64,000 bases of DNA, from positions 41,850,001 through 41,914,000 of the forward strand of contig NC_059430.1 of assembly GCF_021028975.2 (NCBI RefSeq), written 5' to 3'. The stretch comes from Sphaerodactylus townsendi (lineage: Eukaryota). The translations under genes were made by a program, and so were the position numbers. Positions 1 to 12,150 of the stretch are shown here, piece after piece (positions within the stretch are counted from its first letter, which is position 1; each line of letters starts with the position of its first letter). The notes under the pieces are model-generated. The model was not told where the DNA came from. It was given only the letters and a program-made list of their open reading frames with translations, and did no database searches.

Positions 1-90
1 GCTGTATGGCCATCTGTCGGGAGTGCTTTGATTGTGTGTTCCTGCATTGCAGGAGGTTGGACGATGGCCCTTGGGGTCTCTTCCAAGTCT
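1..90 (+). mobile_element. CR1 LINE 3' end fragment
   Basis: Nearly identical to the 3' tail of the CR1 copy at 37140-37518 (ATCTGTCGGGAGT..TTTGATTGTGTGTTCCTGCATTGCAGG..GGTCTCTTCCAA). Confidence 0.75.
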
Positions 91-454
91 GAGTTTATTA
101 TTCTGGTTTGAATAGACAAAAGGGCTTCAAGTAATTATGTTTCTGGCACATACAGAGATTGGATGAACTTTGCTGCACACAACAGTTTTGTGCGTGCTGC
201 TATATTATCAATTCAAAGTTTAACAGGTTGAGGGGCCCAGATTCCTAATACACCGGCACTTTTGACTGTACTCATTTGGTGTAATCCGCCTTGGGTCCTA
301 ATGAGACCGGGAGGCCATGAATAATATAAATATAGCATAATTATATTCTTGCCGAGGGTGAACACAAGATTTCCAGAAGGTCTATTTCGACGAGGCAGCG
401 ATGAGATTTTCACTGTTGCATAACGGGGAACAAAACCTGCCACCAACTTGAAAT

Positions 455-1100
455 GCAGCCACGTGGGCTTGGAGCGCCGAGATCAATCTGACGCTCTGTG
501 GCCTCACGTGACAAGGCATGCCGCGCCTCGCGGCCAACCTTCCCTTTGCCCCGCCCTGTCAAGAGGCGGCCTAGTGCGCCGTGACGTCACGGCCGCTGCG
601 GGGCGGCTCCGCGGGAAGTGGGGAAGAATGAGAAGAGGGGACCGCCCCGGTCGGTGTCACTGGCTGCGAAGATGGCGCTGAACAGGAACCACTCGGAGGG
701 CGGCGGGGTTCTGCTCCCCCACGGGGAATGGTAACGGAGGGGAGGGCTGGACGGGGTTTGGGAGGGGACTGGGTCCGGCAGGCCCGCGCCGCCTTCCCGG
801 AGGGGCCGTCAAGCGCTTGTGGGTCTATCTTTGCGTAGGCGAGGGCGGCTCGTCTAGTGAGCCTTGGGTTGCCCCTAACAAAGTCACCTGCTGAGAACAC
901 GCCGGACCCCGTTCCTAGAAGGGGATTGTGACGCGCCCGAGGGAATGCCCCGCTGGTCGCCCCTTTTCTTCTTGGCCGGCTCTTATCCCCCTCTCCGTTC
1001 TTGAAGCGGAGCAGCTATTTGTGAGTTGCGGCTGTGCTTCTCAGCAGTGACTCACACGCGCTTCTTCTTTAGCTCGGCGTGACCCTAATCCACGTCTTCT
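455..1100 (+). promoter_or_regulatory. CpG-island promoter of WBP2NL
   Basis: CpG-rich stretch around the first coding exon. E-box TCACGTGAC 504-512, palindromic CRE GTGACGTCAC 581-590, ETS-like GGGAAGTG near 613, YY1-like AAGATGGCG over the ATG at 672. Confidence 0.75.
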
Positions 1101-4100
1101 CCTTTCTGTCTGCGTCACATAAGTGCACGTGGGGTCCTTCCTCACTCGCTCACCCTCCTTCTCCCTGGGAAAGTCATTTTCTGGAGAGGAGGGTGGGGAG
1201 CGGAGTGCAGGATGAATACATTCCTTAACGTTTCTCTGGCAGACCGATCCCGCCAGCTCGCCTCTGGCAGAAGAGTCCAGACTGCATGTCTTGCGTGGGG
1301 AATTCTAGACAGGAGAAGTTGGAACTTTTCCATCAGCCAAATGTCATCTGGTTCCGGTTAGGGAGGTTCCTCATTTGTAGAGGAGTGGTGAGCTTTGTCA
1401 AATTAAAGCCTTTGTCATGGTTATTGTAAAGAACTCAAAAGTTAATTAAAAGTTGGATGGTCTGGCTTGGTTCTCAGTACTGTCTATATTTGAAGTTGGC
1501 AGCTCATGTGTGGTTGCAGCATTTAAAAAAATAGTATTGATGAACATTAACCTGATTATATAGGAATGATATTGCCATAAATAAGACAATATTATTCCCA
1601 TGGCCACACGTGCACTGTTTTTCATGTGTGAGCTGGGTCTCAGATTTTCCTGATGGTGTGAGCTGCAGATGGTTGTATCTCTCTGGCAGGATTGGCAGGA
1701 TACAGGTGATTTGGGACTGGATTGACGATCAGATTGCCTATATTTCTAAGGATAAACAGCTGTTTTTCTTCTTCAAGTGGCTGGCAGTAATATTTTAAGG
1801 ATTCAGAGTTCACTTGGGCTGCATAGTGTGGGACTGATCAGCTGCCCTAGTTGTTTCTTTCACAATGTATCATACCAGCATCTTCTTTATTATCTTCTGA
1901 GATTATGATAACTGATATTTTTGCAATATACATCAAATTGGAAATGTGGGAAGTGTTGCAGAATGCTATCCTCTTGTGCTGCGTTTTCTACAACCCTGGA
2001 TTCAGGAGTTTTTGCAGTTTACAGATGTGATACAACCAGCTTTTTAAAATTACTAGACTGTCTGAACTAAAATTGCAGTTACAAATTCTGGAAAAAATGC
2101 ACAGTGGAATCTAGCATTTTTGATCTCTGGCAGTCTTTGTAGTTAAGGATGTTTAGAAATAGGAGAAAATTAAGTCTGTGTCTGATTGCAGGCTCATTTC
2201 AGTGTACGAATGTTCTGAATACCTGTGTGTCTGAGAGTCACTGAAGACATACCTAAATTATTTTAAGATACACTGAACACTTGACTGTAACCCTTGATGT
2301 TTTACGGTCCAACTCGGGGGGGCGGGGGGGGGCGGAATTAACTCTTGGAACCAGCAAGGAACCACACCAATGTGTTTGCCCACTCTGCCAGTGAAAATGG
2401 TACTTACACTGGCAGGGAAGGCAAATTGGGAGGCAGGCTGGTGGTGTGGGGCTCTGTGATGCCCAATCAGGAAGAGCTGGCACCCCATAGAGCCATGCCA
2501 GCCTGAAGCTGTACACTGGCATGGCTGGGGACAAGCAAAGGGCTTTAGTTAGCTTCCACTGGGTTTCACCATTGAAGACACAGTTCTTGATACAATTTCA
2601 GTCAATAATAATTACTATGGGAGCTGTTTCTTGTTAGTTGTAGAGATTAGTGCTCCGGGGACTGTATTTCCACCTTAGAGACTGAAGGCTAATACTTCTT
2701 ATTGGAGTGCTTTATCTGTTTTTGGCATTTCTTTTATTGACACATATGGTAACAATGACTTTTTACCCATTAGTGCTGGTACAGTATGCACTGAAAAATG
2801 CTAATTTCAATCTGTGTTTGGTTATCCTTCTAAAGTATTACCAAGCAGTGTAAAGATGTGGAACTGACCTTCTCTGATGTGACCAGCAAATCAGATATCT
2901 TCAAAGGCACCAAGAAAGGAATGGTGTTTCTTACCCCCTACAGGGTAAGTCTTGGGCCAGTTGCATCTTCAATTATACATTCCATTAATTTTGCCCAGGC
3001 ACTGTTAAGAGATCATCCTCTAAAGAAGGAAATGAGCGCTCCTAGATTCAGCTTTAGTTTGATATGTTCAGGTAGCCGAGGATGCTTTTACTGGGTTATG
3101 TGTTTTATTCAAGCTGTATTCTCTTTTGGGGGGAATGGTGGGTTTGGTGCTTGTAATCTATGCCCTTTAAACCTTGAGTGCTCGGTCTTAACAGTTGTCA
3201 GCATTTTCAGGCTTTATACCCACCTTTAACTTCTAACTTGTAATTTTTCTTCCACATGCAAAGGAGGGCAATGCTGTTGGAATTGTTTTATAGAGGAGGA
3301 ATTATAGCAATCTTTCCCAATCTGCAGAAATTTCCTGGATGACTGCTTGTAAATCTTTTACAGGCTGGACCTTGAATACCTGTCCTAGAACATCTTTCCC
3401 TTAATGAGGTCCGTATCCATGGTGAGATCTTTGACAGGGGTGCTGCTTTGTATTTTTTCTTGCAGGTCATCTTTTTGTCCAAGGGCAAGGACCCAATGAT
3501 GTCCTTCCAGATGCCATTCACTTTGATGAAAGGATGCTCTATTGAACAGCCAGTGTTTTCTGCTAATTATATCAAAGGAGTAGTAGAAGCAGAACCAGGA
3601 GGTTTGTTACTGCTCATGCAAAGAAATACTTTTGTTAATTTGTTGAGTTTGTAATAGGCATGTATAAATCCTATTCAGTTTTTCATTTCCCTTGCTTATG
3701 ACCAATAGATTCCATAGAGAATATATAGCAGAATGAATTGGAAAGAGCATCGTCTTGTAAAGTTGTGATTTTGCTCCAGGCTTTGGCTGGTATTTAAAAA
3801 ACAAATCTCTCATGTTGACCTGATAGTCTGTCAGTACTCTCTTGGCTCTCAAATGCTGTCTGTTAGTGGGGCTGCTATAAAATAAGCATCATGAGGATTG
3901 TCCCCCCAAATTTTGTTTCTACACTGCTGATAGTTTTGATTCAGAGGGAGGAGAAGCTGTTTGTTTGTTTTTTTAAAAAAACTTGCAGTTAAGTTAAGAA
4001 TTTTATGACAGTCACAGAGACTTCATGCTGAAATAAAGTTAATTATTTTGTCCACGTTGTAGTTAGTTTCAGACTTCAGTTAAATTTTTTAAAGAGTAAG

Positions 4101-7100
4101 GAACACCTGGTTTTGGCCTTAGGTTCCCATCTAGCAGCCCCATCCGAGGGGAGGGGAGGGGAGGGGGGCGGGATGGCTCAGATGTTTTGGCGGATTGGGT
4201 AACCTGGTTGACAGGCAGGTGCCATGAACTTCACCAGTGCCTGACCTGGAAGGGTGGCTGGTGTTAGGAGCTGTGTTGGTGTCCAATTGGATGGCAGTGG
4301 AGCTGTGTTGGTGTCCAATTGGATGGCAGTGGACCAGGACGTTTACAGAGGGAGTCGCAGGTGTCCCGTATTGTTTTTCCCAGCTCTGCATGCCACCTGA
4401 AAGCCCTCTGGAGGCAGTGGGTGGTTGCTGTAGTGGGCAGCCTCCCAGCATCTTGGGCTGCGGATAGGGCTGTAAGTCTTTCCAGACGAAGTGCAAGTAT
4501 CTCAGCCTCAGTCGTCATACACCCCCTTAGCATTTTGAATTTCTGTTTCAAAAAAGAAGCATCTCTGTAAGCAGCTTTCCCTACCAAGCAACATGCAGAT
4601 TAATGTCCAGGTTTTATCTTGAAACCCTTTCATAATTCAGATGTCTATGTTTTTTCCTTAGGTGGCTGGGAAGGGCAGGCTTCATTTAAGATGATCTTCT
4701 GTAGTGGAGGTGCCATTGAATTTGGACAAATTATGTTCAGACAGGCCAGTGATGGTAAGATGATCTTCTGTAGTGGAGGTGCCATTGAATTTGGGCAAAT
4801 TATGTTCAGACAGGCCAGTGATGGTAATTGTTTGTTTGCTGCTGCCTGGTTTAAGTGGCAGACATCAGCAGCTGTGCTGTGAATAGTCCTACAATAGCAA
4901 CAGCATTTGCACCACTTTATGCTTACATTTTTTCCCCATTCTCAAGTTCCAATCTTGTAAATTCAGTACTGGCAAAAACATCTACCAACATAATGGGAAA
5001 GGATTGCTAGAATCAGCAATAATTGATATGCTAGTTATGATGTCTGTGCATCCATTTTGGGATTTGGGCTGACAAATATGATGAATATAGTGGTATTGCA
5101 GAATGCAGAAAATCATTTTTTCTCTAAATCTTGCTTTCTAAATATATTCTGTTTAGCTTCCAGGGGAGTACCTGTTCAGAACTTTGGCTATGGATTTGCA
5201 TATATTGCTGGGGGATATGTCCCTGCTCCTTCTGTCCCAGGAGGTTATGTACCAGCTTATGTTCCTCCACCACCTGCTGCTGGACCATACCCATATATGC
5301 ATGCACAGATGAATGGATATGGACCTGCTCCACAACCTATGGGATATCCATATGCGCCTCCTCCGGGTGAGTGATTCTAGCAGTCTCATATAGTGTTGCT
5401 CAGATAATGGTGGTATTATACTCCTCTATAGTATTTACTGTAAAAGTGTACAAAATTGTGTAAGTGCGTAAGAGGAACCCTGCTGGATTAAGCTAAGAAT
5501 GCATACAGCATTCCTTGTAGTGTAAATGACTGAGGCAGCTGACCCAAATCTAAGATATGAACAGTTATATGACTTTGCTTCTGTGAAGAGCATCATGTTT
5601 AGTAACAGAGAATACTCAGTATTCTTAATAGAAGATGATGTCTATAAATGAAAAAGAATTTTTTTCACAATTCATTATAAAACTCACAGAAATACAAATC
5701 ATGAAAAGAAGACTGCTTGTTATAAAAGAAACACAGTTGTTATCCTCCAGTATCCTAATTCAAGCAGTAATAAACCCTTCATTGTTTTACATTGTCATGT
5801 AGTTTAATCTAATTTCAGCATATTCTATTCTGTTCACATTTATCAAATAACATGTATTTTATAGTCCTTCTGAGATTCAAGGTAGAGTATGTAATTAGAA
5901 AGTTAAACAGGGGTTCAAAATAGTACTATAAAACTATATAATGAATAACACAATACAATAAAGCTAGATTACAAGACTAGAGAAAACTGCAACTTACTTT
6001 CTCAGGTACAAGCAGTTATCCCAATTGTTGATTCTTTTCTGAAGTATTTTACATGTAACAGCCTTGAAATGGCTGGCCTCATTTTTCCAGGACTCTGGAC
6101 AGCATGTAATACTTGAGGGGACATCCCAGTGACTCCCATCATACTGTGGGTCCCACAAGGGCCTATCCTCTCCTCAGTGTTGTTTAACATCTATAACATT
6201 CCCTGGCCCAGCTGGTTTGGAGCTTTGGGCTTGACAGTCATCAATATGTGGATGACACCCAGGCTTTTTGTTGATGGATGGCCAGCAGGCCGCCACCCCA
6301 ATATATTAGCACAGTGTCTGGAGGCTGTAGCTGTGGCTGGAAAATTGAGAAAGAGCAAGCTGAAGCTTAATCTATTGAAGATGGAGGTCCTGTGGCAGGA
6401 GACATCAATGAAGGGTTCCCAGCTGCCACAATTTGATGGAGTGGCTTTAACACTTGCCTTCTGTATCAAGAGCCTGGGTGTGACCTTGGAGTCCTCCTTA
6501 TCGATGAAGGCCCAAGTCACAAATATGGCCAAAATGGCCTTTTATCACTTACAACAGCTGGCCCCCTACCTGTCCCATGCCAACTTGGCCACAGTGGTCC
6601 ATGCAACGGTCACCTCCAGGCTGGACTACTGTAACTCATTCTATATGGGCCTAGCAACTGGCACTCTTATGGGGCTACCCTCTATTTCCTTCCCCACACA
6701 TGAAATAATTTTTTACAAAAAGGACATTAAATTGGGATGTGGTGTGTGTAGATTTTTAGGTTTGTTGACATAGCGATCTGGAGATGTATATATAATTTTA
6801 ACATTATGTAATTTATTAGAATTTTAGTTCTGTTTTAATTTGTAAGCTGCACTGAGCTTGTCTTTAGTTGGGGTTGGCAGGATAGAAATATAATGAATAA
6901 AATAATAATAATAATAGTAATAATAATTTCATTAATTCTCTGTCAAAATCTTTGATACTCTTCTAATATGAGAAGTTTGTTTTCAGCATTTTGCTATTTT
7001 CTGCAGTTCACTAAATAGCAGATTAAAATTTGCTTTTTAAAAAAAAAACATACCACATAATTGCATCCTGAATATGTTCTAAGGACAGAGCAAAAAGTGT

Positions 7101-9324
7101 TCCAGTGGCAGTTACAAAGACTTGTCTTCATTGATTCACACAACACTCCCCACATTATACCTGTGCAGCATGCTTCATTTTGCACAAGGTATAAAGCTGG
7201 TGGGAACAATCACAGAACTGGTATAGACTTTGCATCTTTGGTCTCCTAGCTCTAGATATATGAGTAACTCAAGGAAAATATGCCTTATCTCTGGGAGCAA
7301 AAGGATAACATTTAATACAGAATTCCTGCCAGCTGCATAGTTCTTTGACATGTTTACAGACTGATGTGGCACTCAATAAATTCCTTCTTCAGGTATGTAT
7401 CCAGCACCTGGTGGGATGTATATGGCACCTCCTCCCCCATATTCTGGCCCTTCTGCTGCTGCAGGGCCTTCAGCTCCAAATCATGCAGGACCTTCATCTC
7501 CTTCAGCCCCTACAACCTGGGTAGAACCTGGAATGCCAGGTAAGACTGATATTGAGGGCTTTTTTTTTGTTCAGAATTAAGATCATGTTTTGCGTAGATA
7601 CAATTTCCTAGTTTTTGAATAAGAAATTCTAAGTTGAAGAGGCATAAACAGTAAAGCTGTTGAGAAATAAGCAATTCTGTTTTAACATGTTTCCGACTAT
7701 TTGGAAGATATCTGCATTTAAAATGACATTTTGTGCTGTCTTCAGCTAACATTCAATAAGAAGTGGAATGTGACTTGAAGAGGGAGGGGAATACTTATTC
7801 CTTATTTTTGGAACTCCTGTGGATGTATGTGATGTGGGGTCTGTCCACAAGCAGTCTTTTGATTTCTTCAGATATGTTTTACAGCAAAGAAGCCCCTTGT
7901 TCCTGATAGCCAAGGAAGCAGGTTACTCTAGCAGTGAAAGGCAGGGGTATAGTTCAGTACTGGAGCAGATACTTTGCACGTGGCATTCTCAGTTAAAATA
8001 TTTCAAAGTAGCAGGCATTGAACATAACTCTTCTCTACCCAAGGCTCTGGAGAGCCACTGCTGGTCTGAATAGACAATTTGGAGCTAGGTGGACCAGTGG
8101 TCTGACCTAAGAAGCTTCACATGTAAAACTATATCTGATTTGGAGGGAAGCCTCTGAAAGACTGGTCACAGTCTCAGAAACTTTGAATCACATAACACTT
8201 GTTAACAAGAATGCACACTTTGGCTGAAGTCCATGCAGCTATCTAATCTTGGAGAAAGATTGTGCTGGGTGCTGGGTGTGTGCATTCCTCCATCTTTGTT
8301 GGCATGCATCTTGATGTGATCATTGTGGGGTTTCTCATTCTTGGCCCTTCAAATCGCTACAGTTCAATACATGTGAAAATCAAACTGCTGATAGTGCTAT
8401 GCACTCTGTGTTGCTTTCCTGCAGAGAATGCAGGAATCTACTCTTGTTTTCTTATCCATTATGTTTATGGTTACAAATAATCTCTACTATTTACATATTT
8501 ATTGAACCAGTTTTTCCTGATTCTTCCCTTTGTAGGTGGCAATAAAGCAACATCGGGAACTTCTAGTGCATATTATAACCCTGCCAATCCCCATAATGTC
8601 TACATGCCTATGGTAAGGATTCTGTGAAGGGGAAGTTTGGGATGGAATCCAGGAGGGGCAAGCTGGGACCCTCCCAGTGCCCCCACACTACTGCCAGCCC
8701 TACTGGCATAGTGGGGGCATTCTGGAGGCCTGGCTGGGGGGTGGAGCCGACATATGTCAGCTTCCACCCTGGCTTTGCCTCTGGATGTGTCATGACCCTG
8801 GGCTCCTGCTTACTCTTTTGGATGATATAAATCCATGAAGTCCTATGGAGGTCTTTTCAGCTGTGAGGAGATTTTGTTGTTTTTCTGCTTCCCCATGCTG
8901 TCGGAAAGCACTCTGGAGGTAGTGAGGTGGCATGTCAATCGCCCTGCACCGCCTCTGGATTGGGCTGTGCAATACTTTATGGAACCAGAACTCTCATTTT
9001 GATCTGTCCTGTCCATCTTGGAGCATAATAGGGAGCTATCACAAAGGACATTGCACAAAAATAACTTTACTAAACAGCAGTCAGGGCTTTGTAAATAATT
9101 GTTTTATGCCGGCCCGAACCCAGAAGAGGAGGGACAGGATATTAATTCTAATAAATAAGTGACATAAAATAACAGAATGAAAACAGGCTAGCCTCAAGTA
9201 TGCTGGCCTAAAATGAGAGACGCCACCTGAAATGAGTGCATTGAATAATGCAGTTTTGTTTTGTTTTCCTTTTTAGGATCAGCCACCTCCTTATTCTCCA
9301 CCTGATGAGAAAAAAAACAACTAG
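672..9324 (+). CDS. WBP2NL: WBP2 N-terminal-like protein (PH-GRAM domain plus PPxY region). join(672..730,2836..2944,3466..3601,4662..4754,5157..5366,7393..7539,8536..8612,9277..9324), 292 aa. An alternative exon 4 end at 4823 gives 315 aa.
   Basis: All introns GT-AG; exon sum 879 nt, open frame. Peptides MALNRNHSEGGGV, KGTKKGMVFLTPYRVIFLS, EQPVFSANYIKG, GGWEGQASFK, PPPPYSG, AYYNPANPHNVYMP, DQPPPYSPPDEKKNN* are WBP2-family. Position tail-to-tail with NAGA identifies the WBP2NL paralog rather than WBP2. Confidence 0.92.
4267..4330. repeat. 32-bp perfect tandem duplication (GGAGCTGTGTTGGTGTCCAATTGGATGGCAGT x2)
   Basis: Read directly; lies in WBP2NL intron 3. Confidence 0.9.
4687..4827 (+). repeat. 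69-bp tandem duplication covering the 3' part of WBP2NL exon 4 and its donor
   Basis: 4687-4755 and 4756-4824 are identical except A4726/G4795. Confidence 0.95.
6100..6655 (+). mobile_element. Degenerate L2/CR1-group LINE reverse-transcriptase fragment
   Basis: ORF 6129-6773 contains VPQGPILSSVLFNIY, LKLNLLKMEVL, SLGVTLESSLSM, VHATVTSRLDYCNS, typical of the L2-clade ORF2 C-terminal half; frameshifted. Confidence 0.85.
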
Positions 9325-10236
9325 CAGGAGCCAAGCAGTATCCTCCCTTGTGTTTTCTTGCCCTTGAAGACATCTTTGCCGCCACCTCTGGCTCTCTGTT
9401 ACTAGATCATCCAGTGTCAATAACATAAGCAATGTTGGGCGATTTAACATCAGCAGCTCTTAAATTCTTGTCATGGCAATACAAAACAGCAGTGACAGTA
9501 ACATTTTCCTGACTATTTGGATTTTCTCCTGGGGCCAGGATAGAAGTGCTGTGACTATTTTAGCCTTTTAGTTTGAAGGAGAGGTGAATTACCCACACTG
9601 CAAAGGAAGACAAATCATATATGTAGGAATGAAAATTGGATCTCTTTGTGTGAAGCAAAATACTTTTAGACTGATACACTAGTGCAAGTACAAAGAAGTC
9701 TTATGCCCATTGGCATCAGTGTGGCGTGTTAAAATTTTAATCTGTGCAGTTTAATGCATGAGAGGGACTCCAGTAAATGTTGGAGGCTTGTGTCCTTATT
9801 GGCTAAATGGCATGGCAGCCTTTAGGGTAAGCCTGCCATGATGTGAAGAAAAAAGGTCAACAACGTTGGGGATGGGGAAGGAAACACCAGAAGACTAGCT
9901 AGTAACTCTTACAATATCTTCAACTACATGTGGACAATCACACAGGCAGTAAAAATTTTCTTTTTGCTCTTTAAATTCTCATTGTAAAGGAGTAGAAGTA
10001 TTGAGATGTACGCATGCACTTGAATTCTCAGTTGCTTTTGTTATGACTGTAGATTTCAAATGTATTCTATCTTTTGCAGAAGGTGGGACATAGTAACAGG
10101 TTTCAAATTAAATGAAGCCAATTTCTGGCAGGTAGAAAATCTATATATGTGAATTAGAACCAAAGTGGCAGCATTAGGAAACCAGTAGCCTAGGGAACGG
10201 AACAAAACAAAACGTAATTAAGTGAACAATGTTGAA

Positions 10237-10375
10237 CGGGGTGTCCAACTCTGGCACTTCAGATGTTCATGGACTACAATTCTCATCAGCCCCTGCTGGC
10301 ATGGCCAATTGGCAGCAGGGTCTGATGGGAATTGTAGTCCATGAACATCTGAAGCGCCAGAGTTAGACAGCCCTG
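10237..10375. mobile_element. hAT-type palindromic MITE (GGACTACAATTCCCATCAGCCC family) in the WBP2NL 3' UTR
   Basis: Long imperfect inverted repeat; 8-bp TSD ATGTTGAA/ATGTAGAA (7/8). Confidence 0.85.
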
Positions 10376-10803
10376 ATGTAGAATAACCTCCAGCATCCTG
10401 CAGTTGGGAGCCATACAGAAAGTCTTCTGGAAATTGTTCCCATCCTTGTTCAGCATTCCTTTGTATACAGTAGCAGTCAGTATATCAGAGATAAATGTGT
10501 TTAGCAGGAAGCTGTCTTGTCAGAGATGAATACTAAAGCCATTTCTCCAGCTTAGCCTTTGTGCAGGTTGAGGCATGAATGTAACTATAAGTATTATTGG
10601 GGGAGGGGGGGTGTTGTATGAACTTTCCATGTTATGCAATGCAGGACAGCTATATAAGGGGCGGTATTGGACGAACAAACTAACCTTTTCAGTGAGGAAA
10701 GCAAGAACTGTGATTTTTTTTAGCCTCATGCTGCTTTCTGGAAACCTGTTTAGAATGCCTTTCCTAGCCAAGCTATCGCTGAAAGCAGTCTGAAACTTAT
10801 TTA

Positions 10804-10887
10804 CAGTACAATCCTAGGGCTTGTTACTCTAGTTTAAGCCTGTTGAAATCAACGGGTTTAGATGTAACTCTCCATAAGGTTGCACTG
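10804..10887. mobile_element. Short palindromic MITE-like repeat (CAGTGCAATCC...TGCACTG); a related copy lies at 17374-17461
   Basis: Terminal inverted repeats and a shared core (TTTAAGCC..TGAAATCAA.GGG.TTAGA) in two places. Confidence 0.6.
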
Positions 10888-11063
10888 CTAGTTCTGAAGA
10901 GAACTCTTGTTCCTTTTGATGGAAGGGTGGGTATTGGGGAATTCTTCCTCGAGCAGATTAGGATTGCATTTTTTAACAAGAGCTCAACACACTAGTATCA
11001 GTTTCCCTCTCTAGCAACTGAGCACATTACTCAGTGGAAAAGATATGGAAGGAACTTTTTTCT

Positions 11064-11069
11064 AATAAA
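11064..11069 (+). terminator. Candidate poly(A) signal of WBP2NL
   Basis: AATAAA about 1.7 kb after the stop, followed by T/GT-rich sequence. Confidence 0.5.
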
Positions 11070-11353
11070 AGCTTTTAACTGGATTCCAAGATGCTTACTG
11101 TTTTCCACAATATAATATTTAGCTCTGTTTGTAATATTTTTGGATTGCACTTTAATACAGAAGTATTGAAATCTTTGTGTGTGGTAGTATTGTTGACTGT
11201 TCAATGAACTGTGCTTTGTGCAGAGATGGGGGTGGGGAGAGAGTTAGCCTGAAAAAAGGTCTTGCTAGTGGGAACTGTATGTAGTAGTAACAACGCTGAT
11301 ATACTTCTACATTAACAAGATTGGATGCAAGCAGAAAGGTGTCTTAAATTCTC

Positions 11354-11359
11354 TTTATT
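11354..11359 (-). terminator. Candidate poly(A) signal of NAGA
   Basis: TTTATT (AATAAA on minus) about 2 kb after the NAGA stop. Confidence 0.45.
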
Positions 11360-11977
11360 CCAGAGACAAATGCATAAAAGTTACAAGCAGACAAACAAAA
11401 AGTAGCATCAGATGGCTGGCAAGTACCAACATTTTCCAATAATACTTGATTTTGGCCAACACAAATTCAAGTTTGCACCAGTTTTGATAACTGCATGTTT
11501 ATCATGTGATGTACAGTATTTGTTTTATATAACATGAAGTCACCTAAAACAGATTGAGGATGTTAAGTGCACTACAGAACATTGGTAACTGTACAGTCTG
11601 TTCCCCAAACTAAATGCCGTCTTCTGATAGGACTATCCTTGTCGTGTGTTAAGTTTTTAGACAGTACTCCAATAACCTTTTCAAAACTATTTTAACTCCA
11701 AGCTTGCCTTCTGACCTATTTTTTTCATAGATGAATTTTTACCACTCCTTAGAAAAATTCATAGCTATTTGTTTTCCTGTTATGCTGCTGTGCTTAACGT
11801 GTTCATTTTAAAAAAATAGGTAAGGATGGCATTAGAACTGACGATAGCCTTATAGTAACTATCTGTATGTATATTCTCTCTATGCTACTATTTGAAAGAT
11901 AACCATAAAGCTGGCATATGAAAATGAGTCCGTCCCCCAATAACTGGCAGAACTTCTGTCCTAAAGAAAGAAGAGCT

Positions 11978-12150
11978 GGATTTATACCCCACTTTTCTCT
12001 ACCGCAATGAGTGTTAAAGCAGCTTACAAACTCCTTCCTTTCCCCACAACAGACACCTTGTGAGGTAGGTGAGGCTGAAAGAGGTCTGAGAGAACTGCCT
12101 GGCCCAAGATCATTCAACAGGTTTCATGTGGAAGAGCAGGGAATCAAACT
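11978..12150 (-). mobile_element. Squamate SINE fragment
   Basis: Shares CCCCACAACAGACACC.TGTGAGGTAGGTG.GGCTGA and GGCCCAAG.TCA with the SINE at 35005-35283. Confidence 0.75.

Noticed and set aside
6129-6773. 214-aa ORF as a host gene
   Set aside because: Decayed L2-type RT with the catalytic motif lost by frameshift.
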